64,000 bases of DNA. Source: Candidatus Omnitrophota bacterium. Its GTDB lineage: Bacteria; Ratteibacteria; UBA8468; MWAK01. Position 1 is the first letter of the stretch. Each line of letters opens with the position of its first letter. Below, one piece after another: positions 10,615 through 21,170 of the stretch. Where the stretch lies: NCBI GenBank assembly GCA_043826355.1, contig JBDRQI010000004.1:64001-128000 (forward strand), written 5' to 3'. The notes beneath the pieces are model-generated. The model made no database searches, was not told the origin of the DNA, and was given only the letters and a program-made list of their open reading frames with translations. Position numbers and translations under genes: made by a program.

Positions 10615-12495
10615 ATGAATGAAAGAGCAAAAAGATTTGTCAAACAGGAGAAAGAATTCCACCTTGGAAACCTGCCCACCGAACAATTCCATCCGGTAAC
10701 GAAAGAACTGAGCCGAGTTACCCTCGACAATCCCGGCGAAGCCGTAAAATTGTTACTAACCGTAGACCAGGATGTTGCCGTTCTCCTGGGCAAGGCGAAG
10801 ACAAGGAAGCACCTGGCAGATATAGCCGGTGAAATCGCCGGTACGATTTTTAATCGCGGGCGCGTATTTTTTACCGGCTGCGGAGCAACCGGGCGCCTGG
10901 CTATTCTGCTTGATGCCGGCTGGCGCAGATTCTGGCGCGAAATGAAGGAAAGAGAAACCTCCCTGACCAATAAGAATAATTTCCCTGATTTCGAAAACAG
11001 CGTGATAAGCGTTATGGCCGGCGGGGATTTTGCCCTGATAAAGTCGGTTGAAGGTTACGAAGATTTTACCGCTTTCGGCAGACGTCAGATGCAAGATGTG
11101 ACGGTTAACAAAAACGACCTGGTTGTAGCTGTTACCGAGGGTGGTGAAACCAGTTTTGTTATCGGCACTGCCTGGGCCGGCCTTCAAGCCGGCGCAAAAG
11201 TTTATTATGTTTATAATAATCCCGACCGGTCCCTGGTCAATATCCGGCGCTGTCGGGAAATCATCGAGGAAAAAGGCATAAAAAAAATATGCCTGGCGAC
11301 CGGACCAATGGCTGTCAGCGGTTCAACCCGGATGCAGGCAGTCAGCGCAGAACTGGCTGTTTTGGGCGGAGCCATGGAAATTGCGATACAGCGCATACTT
11401 TCCGTCTGTTCCGATAATGCTGATTTTCCGCGTTTTGACATAACCGGAAACCCGGCCGGAACACTGGCCACCCTTTCTTCTTTAATCAAAAAACTCCTTT
11501 CGGAAGAAAACGTTAAAAACATAACCCGGCTGGTCCTTTTCGAAAAGGGCATTTATGAAAAACGCGGGCTGGTCACGTATCTGGCCGATAAATACAGTCT
11601 CGATGTAATAACAGACACCACCGAACGTTCGCCGACTTTCCTGGTTCCGCCTTTCCGGAAAACCGGCGATTCGGCTTCACCACCTTCCTGGGCTTTTGTC
11701 GTCCGCCCGGAAAAATCCAGTCAAAAGGCCTGGAATAACCTTCTCCAGAGGGATTTCAACGAAGTAAAATGGTCGCGGGAAGAGATTGACCGGATGCTGC
11801 GGGGTAAAGCAGGCATGCAGAAGAAATTCCCGAGGCTTGACCGGGAAGAGATACTGCGTTTTGACATCAGCCGGAACGGTTTGAAGAAGAGAATGCGCGC
11901 CAAGTCGGATGGTTTGATTGCATTCCTGGCCGGGGACGAAATAGAAAAGAAGGATTTTTTCCAGCCGTATCTTTCCGCCTTCAGAACCGCGGCAAAAAAA
12001 GGGGGACAGACCGCCGTATTTTTTTTAGGGACAAGGGAACAGAAGCGACGACTCCGGAAGAGCCTCCGTAATCTCGGCGTAAAAACGAGCTTTTTTACGG
12101 TAACGGTGCCGCTGTCCGGAGGTTACCTGGGAATCCCGGAACACCTTGCCTTAAAAATGTTTTTGAATGCTGTTTCAACCCTCACCATGGTTCTGATGGG
12201 AAGGGTGCTGGGCAATATGATGATTTTTGTATCGCCCGGCAACAAAAAACTTTACGACCGGGCCACGCGCTACGTATCTCAGCTGACAGGTCAACCTTAC
12301 CCGGCTTCATGCTCAGCTTTTTTTCGTTCGTTGGATTTTGTTAAGGAACAGTTTTCTTCAGGATGCGGGGTCTCTTCGCCGGTTTTACTGGCATCAATCT
12401 GCCTCAAAAAAAAGTGTTTGCCGGAAGAAGCGGAGTCAATTCTGAAAAAAAGCAGGATAAGTCTTACAACATCCGGGAAAATCTGCGGGATATAA
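10615..12495 (+). CDS. MurQ/GckR-like SIS-domain protein (extended, 626 aa)
   Basis: 'PTEQ', 'GCGATGRL', 'AGGD.A...VEG.ED', 'TGPMAVSGSTRMQA', 'LKMFLNAVST..M..MGRV.GNMM' and 'NKKL.DRA'. Confidence 0.75.
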   Translation: MNERAKRFVKQEKEFHLGNLPTEQFHPVTKELSRVTLDNPGEAVKLLLTVDQDVAVLLGKAKTRKHLADIAGEIAGTIFNRGRVFFTGCGATGRLAILLDAGWRRFWREMKERETSLTNKNNFPDFENSVISVMAGGDFALIKSVEGYEDFTAFGRRQMQDVTVNKNDLVVAVTEGGETSFVIGTAWAGLQAGAKVYYVYNNPDRSLVNIRRCREIIEEKGIKKICLATGPMAVSGSTRMQAVSAELAVLGGAMEIAIQRILSVCSDNADFPRFDITGNPAGTLATLSSLIKKLLSEENVKNITRLVLFEKGIYEKRGLVTYLADKYSLDVITDTTERSPTFLVPPFRKTGDSASPPSWAFVVRPEKSSQKAWNNLLQRDFNEVKWSREEIDRMLRGKAGMQKKFPRLDREEILRFDISRNGLKKRMRAKSDGLIAFLAGDEIEKKDFFQPYLSAFRTAAKKGGQTAVFFLGTREQKRRLRKSLRNLGVKTSFFTVTVPLSGGYLGIPEHLALKMFLNAVSTLTMVLMGRVLGNMMIFVSPGNKKLYDRATRYVSQLTGQPYPASCSAFFRSLDFVKEQFSSGCGVSSPVLLASICLKKKCLPEEAESILKKSRISLTTSGKICGI

Positions 12496-12684
12496 ACGGG
12501 GTATCGGGTGATGATAAACAGTGACATTTCGAACATCCAGGGGTGTCGCGAAGTCCGCTGAGAGATTCCTAAAGTTGTTTTTGCGAAGGCGAGTAATCTT
12601 TCTCGGCAGAACCCCTTGGCTATTGGACAGATAGAACGGAAAAGAGGTATAATAACAATTTTAGTTAATAACAGGGAGGACGGG

Positions 12685-12891
12685 ATGCATACGGGAAAAA
12701 TAAAGAAATTGGTGCGGGACAGAGGATTTGGATTTATTGCTGACACGGACGGTAAAGAGGTATTTTTCCATCAAACAAGTCTGGTGGAAACAACCTTTGA
12801 TGCGTTGAACGAAGACCAGGCGGTGGAGTTTGAGGTCGAGAAATCGGATAAAGGGCCGCGTGCCGTTAACGTGCGCGTTGTCCAGCAATAA
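12685..12891 (+). CDS. Cold-shock domain protein
   Basis: RNP1 'RGFGFI', RNP2 'VFFH' and 'KGPRAVNV'. GGAGG RBS. Confidence 0.95.
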   Translation: MHTGKIKKLVRDRGFGFIADTDGKEVFFHQTSLVETTFDALNEDQAVEFEVEKSDKGPRAVNVRVVQQ

Positions 12892-12899
12892 TTTCTGCC

Positions 12900-12929
12900 G
12901 GGAGGAGACTACCCTCCCTCCTTTTTTTT
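12900..12929 (+). terminator. Probable intrinsic terminator after the cold-shock gene
   Basis: GGAGGAG...CTCCCTCC imperfect stem followed by T8. Confidence 0.6.
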
Positions 12930-13095
12930 GGTCATTATGTTTCCGAACGGCCTTTTTTCCAGGCCCAGCGAAAAGATTTCCAAGTAAACGTTTCCTTTCG
13001 GCGTTTTTTTTCGTGGTAAAGATAGGGCTTGCCGTACGGGTCTATGACCGCCTCTTTTATTTCCAGCGTGAAGTTTTCGTTTACGAAAAACGCCG

Positions 13096-13124
13096 GAATG
13101 CCCCGCCTTGCAGGCGGGGCATTC
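13096..13124. repeat. Perfect 12-bp-stem hairpin GAATGCCCCGCC-TTGCA-GGCGGGGCATTC
   Basis: Read directly from the sequence. Resembles IS200/IS605-type terminal hairpins. Confidence 0.6.
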
Positions 13125-13317
13125 TTCATTTTTTGCCTCCACCATCACCCTACCAATGATATCGGTAAAAGTCAAATTATTATTTTTCCTCCCGGGCGGT
13201 TGGTGCGCGTTGACACCGTCAAGATTATTATGCTAGGATTAAAGTGTAATGCGCCAGTAAATTAGTACGATACAAGCAGTTTTTGATTTTTAAGCACGGA
13301 AGAAGGGGGCACCCACC

Positions 13318-13755
13318 ATGGGATTATTTAGAAAAGCAGCTGCTGAAGGTACAACCGGCGGATTTAAGATTGTGGCGGCTGACGATGAAGCCGACATCCG
13401 GACCATACTTCAGAAAGGGTTGGAAATGGCGGGCCACAAGGTAATTTCGGCGGTTGACGGCGAAGATGCTTTACAGAAGATTAAGGATGAAAAACCCGAC
13501 TTGGTAATACTTGATATCAGGATGCCCAAAATTGACGGCATTCAGGCCCTTCAGGCAATCAAGAAGGACCCCTCCACCCGAAAGCTGCCGGTGATAATGC
13601 TTACCGGTAATTCGTCGGATGAAGACCTGCTTAAAGGTTATATGTATGGCGCCGATTATTACATTACAAAGCCATTCCGGATCCAAACCATCCTGAACGG
13701 AATTGCCCTGATATTTAAACCGGACCCCAACCGGCCGAAACGTTATTCAGTTTAG
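13318..13755 (+). CDS. Single-domain response regulator
   Basis: 'AADDE', 'LDIRMP', 'MLTG' and 'YITKPF'. Upstream TTGACA-N18-TAGGAT at 13210-13239. Confidence 0.9.
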   Translation: MGLFRKAAAEGTTGGFKIVAADDEADIRTILQKGLEMAGHKVISAVDGEDALQKIKDEKPDLVILDIRMPKIDGIQALQAIKKDPSTRKLPVIMLTGNSSDEDLLKGYMYGADYYITKPFRIQTILNGIALIFKPDPNRPKRYSV

Positions 13756-13952
13756 GTTCACCCCACCCACGTCTTCCCCATTTCTCCAGCGCTTCGGAAA
13801 GGGCGCCTGCGTCTTCAATGGCGTTGTAATCCATCCTTTTTGCGTTTCCTGCCAAAACTGTTTTGCCGGTATTAATTCCGCCGTAAGATTAGATTTGATT
13901 TTTGTAAAACGTTAAAGTATAATTTTATTAATAATACAAAGGGAGGTGGCTT

Positions 13953-14117
13953 ATGTTTGGTTTTGCGGATATCTGGGTTGCTCTGGCTTACCTGGGTTGT
14001 ATCTTAAGCGCGCTGCTTTGCGTTCTTTACGGCGTGTGGCACTGGAACACAGACGATGAAATGCCCGCATCCGTCCATCCGGCCGGCGAAAAAATTGATT
14101 TTGAGGAGACGGTATAA
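13953..14117 (+). CDS. Small (54 aa) membrane accessory protein of the sodium:solute symporter
   Basis: Not in the ORF track. GGGAGG RBS, MFGFADIWVALAYLGCILSALLCVLYGVWHWN..., directly upstream of the SSF gene. Confidence 0.75.
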   Translation: MFGFADIWVALAYLGCILSALLCVLYGVWHWNTDDEMPASVHPAGEKIDFEETV

Positions 14118-14158
14118 CGCGATATAAGGGAACCCGTAAAAAAACAGATAAGGTTTTT

Positions 14159-14184
14159 GTAGGGGCGGGGTTGCATCCCCGTCC
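14159..14184 (+). repeat. GTAG-type REP-like palindrome, family 1
   Basis: GTAGGGGCGGGGTTGCATCCCCGTCC. Related copies at 20655, 27577-27652 and 29192-29275. Confidence 0.7.
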
Positions 14185-14223
14185 GCTGTAGCGCGACCCT
14201 TCAGGGTCGTTTCGGGAGGAAAA

Positions 14224-15864
14224 ATGAATTTTGAGATTTTGGCGATTGTGATTGGGGTTTACGCCCTGGTAATCGGTTATCTTGGATGGCTGGGATACCA
14301 GAGAACCAAAAACGCCGCGGATTACCTGGTCGGCGGCCGGGAAATTCACCCGATGCTGATGGCGCTGGCATACGGCAGCACCTTCATCAGCACTTCGGCG
14401 ATCGTTGGTTTTGGGGGTGCAGCCGGCCTTTTCGGTATGGGTCTACTCTGGTTGACTTTCCTGAATATTTTTGCCGGAATCTTCCTGGCTTTTGCTTTTT
14501 TCGGCCGGCCGACAAGACGAATCGGCGCGCGGCTGGATGCGCATACCTTCCCGGAGTTAATCGCGCGGCGGTTTCAGTCGCGTTTCATTCAGGGTTTTGC
14601 CGGTACGGTAATTATGTTTTTGATGCCGTTATACGCCGCGGCGGTTATGATTGGCGGCGCCCGTTTCCTGGAGGTACAACTCCATCTTAATTATTCGCTT
14701 GCTCTCTTCATCTTTGCGATAGTTGTAGTGGCCTATGTATTCTTCGGCGGTTTGAAGGGCGTAATCTACACGGATGCGTTTCAAGGGTCTTTGATGTTTG
14801 TCGGCATGTTCATTCTGCTGGTCTGGACCTACGCAAACGTCGGCGGACTCAGCGCCCACCGGGAACTGACCAACTTAGCAAGCCAGGTGCCCGCCGGTCT
14901 GGTGGCTGCCGGTCACCGGGGGTGGACGGCTATGCCGGTCTTTGGCTCGCCTCTTTGGTGGCAATTGGTTTCTACCATAATTCTGGGCGTGGGAATCGGG
15001 GTTATGGCCCAACCCCAGTTGTCGGTGCGCTTTATGACCGTGAAGAGCGGCAAGGAGTTGAACCGGGCCCTTATCCCGGGCGGTATCTTCATTTTGGCGA
15101 TGACCGGAATCGCTTTTACGGTAGGTGCGCTTACCAACCTCTATTTCTGGAAGGTCTTCGGCAAGGTTTCAATCGCGATGGTGATGGAACAGGTATCCGC
15201 CGGCGTGATGAAGCCCAACATTGACAAGATAATTCCAACCTACATCAATGTGGCTATGCCGGAATGGTTCGGCTATCTTTTTATGATTACGTTATTGGCG
15301 GCCGCGATGTCTACCCTCAGCGGGCAATTTCACGCCATCGGGACTTCGGCGGGCCGTGACCTGTATCAGCAGGCGATTGCTAACGGCCGGCACCAGCAGC
15401 GAACCGTTCCCATCGCCAAGATGGGAATACTCTTCGCTTTTATTCTGACCATGCTCCTCTCTTTTAAGTTGGAGCCGGGCATTGTCGCAATCGCCACCGC
15501 GCTCTTCTTCGGAATGTGCGCGGCCGCTTTCCTGCCGGCTTATGTTTCCGCTCTATTCTGGAAACGGGCCAGCCGGGCCGGCGTAATCAGCGGGATGCTT
15601 ACCGGTTTTGGTACCTGGGCGCTCTGGGTAATGTTCATGCACGAAAAGGAGTCGGCCGCCCTCGGAATCTGCAAGAGATTGTTTGCCGTATCCAGTCTCG
15701 TTGCCGGAAAGACCTGGGCGATGGTTGACCCTATCCTTATCGGTTTGCCTCTTGCGGCGCTGGTAACAATCACCGTATCCCTGCTTACCAAACCGATGCC
15801 AACGGAACTCATCAGCCGGTGTTTCGGCCCAACCGCAAAAACAGCAACTGCTCCAAAAGAATGA
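14224..15864 (+). CDS. Sodium:solute symporter family protein
   Basis: Many TM helices, 'DYLVGGR', 'GGLKGVIYTDAFQG', 'QPQLSVRF' and 'AAAMST'. Confidence 0.9.
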   Translation: MNFEILAIVIGVYALVIGYLGWLGYQRTKNAADYLVGGREIHPMLMALAYGSTFISTSAIVGFGGAAGLFGMGLLWLTFLNIFAGIFLAFAFFGRPTRRIGARLDAHTFPELIARRFQSRFIQGFAGTVIMFLMPLYAAAVMIGGARFLEVQLHLNYSLALFIFAIVVVAYVFFGGLKGVIYTDAFQGSLMFVGMFILLVWTYANVGGLSAHRELTNLASQVPAGLVAAGHRGWTAMPVFGSPLWWQLVSTIILGVGIGVMAQPQLSVRFMTVKSGKELNRALIPGGIFILAMTGIAFTVGALTNLYFWKVFGKVSIAMVMEQVSAGVMKPNIDKIIPTYINVAMPEWFGYLFMITLLAAAMSTLSGQFHAIGTSAGRDLYQQAIANGRHQQRTVPIAKMGILFAFILTMLLSFKLEPGIVAIATALFFGMCAAAFLPAYVSALFWKRASRAGVISGMLTGFGTWALWVMFMHEKESAALGICKRLFAVSSLVAGKTWAMVDPILIGLPLAALVTITVSLLTKPMPTELISRCFGPTAKTATAPKE

Positions 15865-16442
15865 GGCCGGTTACCAGCGTTTTGTTTTCCGGGGTGGGGG
15901 GCCAGGGGATTATCCTGGCCAGTAAAGTTCTGGCGAGATGCGCCTTTGACTGCGGCTATATGGTTAAAGAAAGCGAGATGCACGGAATGGCCCAGCGGGG
16001 CGGAAGCGTAACCGGCCACGTCCGATTCGGAAAGGAGGTTTCCTCCCCTTTAATTCCAAAAGGAGGCGCCGATTGCCTGGTTGCCATGGAGGAGCTGGAG
16101 GGGTTGCGGAATGCGGATTACCTTAAACCAAAAGGCAGGATAATTTTTAACAGGCGCAAGGTATCGCCTTCTTTTCTTAAACCGGGCGTTGATTACCCGG
16201 AAGATATTAAATTTCGTCTGGATTCGCTTGGTTTTCAGGTTGCAGAGATTGATGCGTTGAAGATGGCGAAGCGACTGAGCAATTTTCGGGTTGAAAACCT
16301 GGTCCTGCTGGGCGCACTTTCCCGATATCTTTCCCTGTCTCTTTCTGCCTGGACGGACGCTGTCAAGGAATCGGTTCCAATAAAGACAGTTGAGCTAAAT
16401 CTGGCCGCATTTAAGATGGGCCGTGATTTTGTGACACAGTAG
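15861..16442 (+). CDS. iorB: Indolepyruvate:ferredoxin oxidoreductase beta subunit
   Basis: 'GVGGQG', 'SEMHGMAQRGGSV..HVRFG' and 'SPLIP.G.AD'. ATGA overlap with the SSF gene. Confidence 0.9.
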   Translation: MRPVTSVLFSGVGGQGIILASKVLARCAFDCGYMVKESEMHGMAQRGGSVTGHVRFGKEVSSPLIPKGGADCLVAMEELEGLRNADYLKPKGRIIFNRRKVSPSFLKPGVDYPEDIKFRLDSLGFQVAEIDALKMAKRLSNFRVENLVLLGALSRYLSLSLSAWTDAVKESVPIKTVELNLAAFKMGRDFVTQ

Positions 16443-16468
16443 GACAGTCGTTCCGCCTGTTATTATGA

Positions 16469-16614
16469 TGTCATCCTGGACCGAGCTTGTCATCCTGAGT
16501 GAAACGAAGGATCTCGCTTTTTAAGGATTGGATCCTTTGCTAACGCTCAAGGATGACAAATTACGTCGGATTCTTCGCTTGCGTTCAGAATGACATAAAT
16601 TGTTCAGAATGACA
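16469..16614. repeat. GTCAT-type palindromic repeat cluster
   Basis: TGTCATCCTGAG..GAAGGATCT / GATTCTTCG..TCAGAATGACA arms. Confidence 0.9.
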
Positions 16615-16645
16615 AATGGTTGTTTGTATGAAAAAGGAGGGTTCA

Positions 16646-17956
16646 ATGTTGAGAAAATTAGCTGTGTTGCTTTTTGGGGTATTGTTAGAAAGTACTTCCT
16701 GGGCGACCCTGGTATCTGCGGATTCAAATTTTGATTACGGTTTTTATCTGCGGTTGAGGCAGGAGTATATGGGTGACGTAGTTGACCTTAATTCCGGAAC
16801 AGGAGTGAACGACAATTTTTTCCGGGCGAAGGCCTCTCTCTGGGGAAAACTGGACTTTAATAAGGAAAAGAACGTTTCCCTCTTCATTAAATTGACCTCG
16901 GAACCAAAATACTACATTGACCACGGCACGCTTGACGGGTATGTCAGGGATGAGATATTTTTTGATAACCTCTACCTGGACATAAAGGATATATTTGGTT
17001 CACCTTTAAGTTTAAGAATCGGACGCCAGGATTTTCTCGGGACTTTCGGGGAAGGTTTGTTGATTATGGATGGTAATCCCCTGGATGGCTCCCGGAGTTT
17101 TTATTTCAACGCCATAAAAGCCACCTGGAAGATTAATGAAAAAAACTCGCTGGATTTCGTTTACATCAACAACCCGCATGACGATGAATTTCTGCCGGTC
17201 GTTGACAAAATCCCGCCGGAACAGTCGCTGACTTCTTCCGACGAAGAGGGTTTTGTCCTTTACAGCCGGAACAAGGTTAACGACTATTTTTCCCTGGAAC
17301 CTTACTATATCTACAAAACGGAAGCCCCAATCGGCGTCGTGCCGGAACTGGCGGTAAATACGGTCGGACTCCGGGCGGTTTACGGCCGCAACGACTGGAA
17401 ACTGCGGGGAGAGTTTGCCCACCAATTCGGAGAATATGAAGGCGGCAGAAATCGGGAAGCAAACGGCGGTTACCTATTCTTAAGCCGCAAGTTTAAAGAC
17501 GCTCCCCTCAGCCCGGAAATAAACGCCGGCTATGTCTATTTGTCCGGCGACGACGCTGTTTCCGCGGCTCATGAAGGTTGGAACCCGCTCTTTTCAAGGT
17601 TTCCCTTCTTAAGCGAACTATACATCTTTACTTATATCACCGAACCCAACGCCGGGGTGGCTTACTGGACGAACCTCCAGGCGTATCGCGCCGGCGTGAA
17701 GGTCAATTTTAACCCCAAGGCGAACCTGTCTCTTTGTTATAACTATCTTCTGGCCAACGAACAAGTCGCGACCGGCGGTATATTCTCCGGTGATGGCAAA
17801 GAGCGGGGCCATCTTTATCAGGCCACCCTTGGTTATGCGTTCAATAAAAATATCGACGGTCTTCTGCTGGCGGAATATTTTTTGCCGGGAGATTTTTACG
17901 ACAAGACCGCAGATGAAGCCGTTTTTCTGAGATGGCAGCTCCAGTTCAAATTTTAA
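16646..17956 (+). CDS. Alginate-export-family outer-membrane beta-barrel (porin)
   Basis: Signal peptide, 'LRIGRQD', 'YLSGDD', 'WNPLF' and a terminal Phe (LQFKF). AAGGAGG RBS. Confidence 0.8.
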   Translation: MLRKLAVLLFGVLLESTSWATLVSADSNFDYGFYLRLRQEYMGDVVDLNSGTGVNDNFFRAKASLWGKLDFNKEKNVSLFIKLTSEPKYYIDHGTLDGYVRDEIFFDNLYLDIKDIFGSPLSLRIGRQDFLGTFGEGLLIMDGNPLDGSRSFYFNAIKATWKINEKNSLDFVYINNPHDDEFLPVVDKIPPEQSLTSSDEEGFVLYSRNKVNDYFSLEPYYIYKTEAPIGVVPELAVNTVGLRAVYGRNDWKLRGEFAHQFGEYEGGRNREANGGYLFLSRKFKDAPLSPEINAGYVYLSGDDAVSAAHEGWNPLFSRFPFLSELYIFTYITEPNAGVAYWTNLQAYRAGVKVNFNPKANLSLCYNYLLANEQVATGGIFSGDGKERGHLYQATLGYAFNKNIDGLLLAEYFLPGDFYDKTADEAVFLRWQLQFKF

Positions 17957-17958
17957 AA

Positions 17959-19251
17959 ATGTTCTGGCAAAAAGAGATAGAGACGCTGAGCCGCCGGCAG
18001 CTGGAAGCGTTACAGTTGAAGCGGTTGCAAAATACCGCCGGCCGGGTAGTAAAGGCCGTGCCTTTTTGTCGGGAAAGATTTACTAACTGCCGATTGAAAC
18101 CGCAGGATATTAAATCCCTGAAGGATATCGAACGCCTTCCTTTTACCATCCGCGAAGATTTACAGGCAAATTTTCCCTTCGGACTGTTGTCTGTTCCGAG
18201 GGAAAAAGTACTGCGCCTCCACACCAGCAGCGGGACTACCGGTAAACCTAAGGCAATCTTTTTCACCAAACGGGATATTAATCAGGTTGCCGAATTGATT
18301 GCCCGATGTCTGGTAATGACCGGAGTCACCCGGGGCGATGTGCTTCAGAATATGATGACCTACGGTCTGTTCACCGGCGCCCTGATGATGCACTACGGAG
18401 CGGAAAAGGTGGGAATGTTTGTAATTCCCGCCGGTCCGGGCAATACTGAACGCCAGATAGAATTGATGCAGGATTTCAAGAGTACCACTCTTCATCTCAC
18501 CCCCAGTTATGCCCTTTATCTTTTCGATGTGATGGCCGGAAAGGGGATAGACCCCCGGAAAGACCTCTCTCTCCGCCGGGCTTACGTTGGTGCGGAACCG
18601 TACTCGGAAGAGACCCGGCAGAAGATTGAAAATATTTTAGGGATAGACGTCTATAATTCTTACGGTTTAACCGAGATGAACGGACCCGGCGTTGCTTTTG
18701 AGTGTCGGGAAAAGGACGGAATGCACTTGTGGGAGGATAATTTCCTGATGGAGATAATTAACCCCAAGACCGGCGAAATCCTTCCGGAGGGGAGCGAAGG
18801 GGAACTGGTGCTCACCACCCTCTGTCGGGAGGCGATGCCCATTATGCGCTACCGCACCAGGGACATTACCGCAATTATGCCCGGAAAATGCCGTTGCGGA
18901 AGAACCCATCGGCGAATTGTTCGCATTAAGGGCCGCTCGGATGACATGTTCATTATTCGGGGCATCAATATTTTTCCGCAGCAGGTGGAGCGGGTATTGA
19001 TGAGTGTCAGGGGTGTGGCTCAGAATTACCAGATAGTTCTCCAATCCCTGGACCAGATGATCGTGAAAGTGGAGATAACAAGAGATATTTTTGACGGTAA
19101 CATGGAACATTTGGTGAGGTTAAGGTCTGAGATTGTGGATAAATTAAGAGCGACAATTAGCATCAAGCCGAAGGTTGACCTGGTGGAACCGGGTACTTTG
19201 CCTGTGAGTGAAGGAAAGGCAAAGCGGGTTATCGACCAGCGGTCTCTATAG
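17959..19251 (+). CDS. paaK: Phenylacetate--CoA ligase family protein
   Basis: '[10 protein letters not shown]', 'YGLFTG', 'YGLTEMNGPGV', 'RYRTRD' and 'GKAKRVID'. Confidence 0.9.
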   Translation: MFWQKEIETLSRRQLEALQLKRLQNTAGRVVKAVPFCRERFTNCRLKPQDIKSLKDIERLPFTIREDLQANFPFGLLSVPREKVLRLHTSSGTTGKPKAIFFTKRDINQVAELIARCLVMTGVTRGDVLQNMMTYGLFTGALMMHYGAEKVGMFVIPAGPGNTERQIELMQDFKSTTLHLTPSYALYLFDVMAGKGIDPRKDLSLRRAYVGAEPYSEETRQKIENILGIDVYNSYGLTEMNGPGVAFECREKDGMHLWEDNFLMEIINPKTGEILPEGSEGELVLTTLCREAMPIMRYRTRDITAIMPGKCRCGRTHRRIVRIKGRSDDMFIIRGINIFPQQVERVLMSVRGVAQNYQIVLQSLDQMIVKVEITRDIFDGNMEHLVRLRSEIVDKLRATISIKPKVDLVEPGTLPVSEGKAKRVIDQRSL

Positions 19252-19260
19252 GAGATGATA

Positions 19261-20562
19261 ATGATTTGGAATAAGGAAGCCGAGTGTCAGCCGGCAAAAG
19301 AGAGAGAAAAAATGCAGTTGGAGAGGTTGAAAACGACCGTGCGCCGCGCCTATTACAACGTGCCGTATTATCAAAAGGCGTTCAATAAGGCGGGAATTAA
19401 ACCGGAAGAAATTAAATCTCTGGATGACCTGAAAAAGTTTCCTTTCGTTGCGAAGGCCGAATTGAGGGGTGGTTATCCATTCGGCATGCTGGCGGTTCCG
19501 CAGAGTGAGATTGTGGAGATACATATCTCGTCCGGAACGACCGGAAAACCGGTAGTTGCCGGTTATACAAAAAACGATATCGACCTCTGGGGTGAGGTAA
19601 TGGCGCGTTCCCTGACGATGGCCGGGACCACCCGTGAAGACATAATCCAGAACGGATACGGGTACGGTCTGTTCACCGGCGGCCTGGGTGTTCATTACGG
19701 AGCCCAGAAGATCGGCGCAACCCTTATTCCGGTTTCCGCCGGCAATACCAGGCGGCAGTTGGATATTATGCAGGATTTTGGCACGACAATTCTTACCTGT
19801 ACCCCGTCCTATGCCCTGTATCTGGCCGAAGTGGCTGAAGAAGAAGGCCTGATAAACCAGAAGAAATTAAAGTTGCTGGCCGGGTGTTTCGGCGCGGAAA
19901 TGTGGACCGAGCGGATGCGGGATGAACTGGAGAAACGGTTTCACCTGCTGGCCCTTAACATTTATGGATTGACTGAAATAATCGGGCCCGGCGTGGCCCA
20001 GGAATGCAAGGAGAAATGCGGGCTTCATATCTTTGAAGACCATTTTTACCCGGAGGTTGTTTCTCCGGAAACGCTGGAACCTCTGCCGGAAGGGGAGAAA
20101 GGGGAACTGGTTCTTACCACGTTGACCCGGGAAGGAACTCCGATGATTCGTTTCCGGACCAGGGATATTACCGCTTTGCAGCGGAGTGCCTGCCGGTGCG
20201 GACGTACCCTGGTCAGGATGGACCGGGTTACCGGCCGGTCCGACGACATGCTTAAAATTCGGGGTGTTATCGTTTTCCCGTCCCAGATTGAAAAAGCCCT
20301 CCTGGAGATAAAAGGAGTGGAACCGCATTATCAGATTATCATTACCCGGCCGCACCAATTGGACGAACTGGAAATTCAGGTTGAAACCTCCCGGAAACTA
20401 TTTTCCGATGAAATCAGGCACCTGGAGGAAGCAAGGCATGATATTGAAAAGCATATTGAAGATGTGATTGGAATCAAGGTTAAGGTTACGCTGGTGGAGC
20501 CCAAGACCATTCCGCGCAGCGAAGGCAAGGCAAAAAGGGTTATTGACAAGCGGGAACTGTAG
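19261..20562 (+). CDS. paaK: Phenylacetate--CoA ligase family protein (second paralogue)
   Basis: '[10 protein letters not shown]', '[11 protein letters not shown]', '[11 protein letters not shown]' and 'GKAKRVID'. Start could be 19255. Confidence 0.9.
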   Translation: MIWNKEAECQPAKEREKMQLERLKTTVRRAYYNVPYYQKAFNKAGIKPEEIKSLDDLKKFPFVAKAELRGGYPFGMLAVPQSEIVEIHISSGTTGKPVVAGYTKNDIDLWGEVMARSLTMAGTTREDIIQNGYGYGLFTGGLGVHYGAQKIGATLIPVSAGNTRRQLDIMQDFGTTILTCTPSYALYLAEVAEEEGLINQKKLKLLAGCFGAEMWTERMRDELEKRFHLLALNIYGLTEIIGPGVAQECKEKCGLHIFEDHFYPEVVSPETLEPLPEGEKGELVLTTLTREGTPMIRFRTRDITALQRSACRCGRTLVRMDRVTGRSDDMLKIRGVIVFPSQIEKALLEIKGVEPHYQIIITRPHQLDELEIQVETSRKLFSDEIRHLEEARHDIEKHIEDVIGIKVKVTLVEPKTIPRSEGKAKRVIDKREL

Positions 20563-20576
20563 GGTAGTTTAACAAC

Positions 20577-20693
20577 GAGATTCTTCGTTATCACTCAGAA
20601 TGACAAACTCGTCTGTCATCCTGAGCCGTGGTTGCGAAGGATCCCGCAGTAAATGTAGGGGCGGGGTTACATCCCCGCCCGCCAGAGGCGGAC
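20577..20693. repeat. GTCAT-type repeat arms plus GTAG family-1 REP
   Basis: GATTCTTCG..CTCAGAATGACA..TGTCATCCTGAG..GAAGGATC, then GTAGGGGCGGGGTTACATCCCCGCCC. Confidence 0.85.
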
Positions 20694-20724
20694 TCGGTGA
20701 AGATCAGTCTGCGGGAGGTAGGTA

Positions 20725-21156
20725 ATGAAAGTCAACCAGATATCTGTTTTTCTGGAAAACAAGAAAGGACGGCTGCTGGAAGCGTTGGAGACGCTGGCAA
20801 AAGCAAAGGCAAATATCCGGGCGCTCTCCATCGCCGATACCTCGGAATTCGGTATTCTGCGCCTGATTGTGCCTGAGCCGGAACAGGCCCGGAAAGCGCT
20901 GGAGAAAGACGGTTTTACGGTTGGCGGGAACGAGGTAATTGTCGTCGGCGTGAATGACAAACCCGGCGGGCTGGCCGGTATTTTACGGGTGTTGAAGAAC
21001 GCGAACCTCAACGTGGAATATCTTTACGCTTTTGTCGCCCGAAGCGGAAATAAAGCGGTTGTAGTCCTGCGTACCGAAAATATCAATTCGGGCATAAAAG
21101 CGCTCCAAAAAGGCGGGGTAAAGGTTCTTTCTGCGCAGGAAGTGTACAATCTTTAA
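20725..21156 (+). CDS. Tandem ACT-domain protein
   Basis: 'QISVFLENKKGRL', 'NIRALSIADTSEFGILRLIV', 'DKPGGL' and 'NVEYLYAF'. Confidence 0.9.
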   Translation: MKVNQISVFLENKKGRLLEALETLAKAKANIRALSIADTSEFGILRLIVPEPEQARKALEKDGFTVGGNEVIVVGVNDKPGGLAGILRVLKNANLNVEYLYAFVARSGNKAVVVLRTENINSGIKALQKGGVKVLSAQEVYNL

Positions 21157-21170
21157 AAATTGTAATAGTT

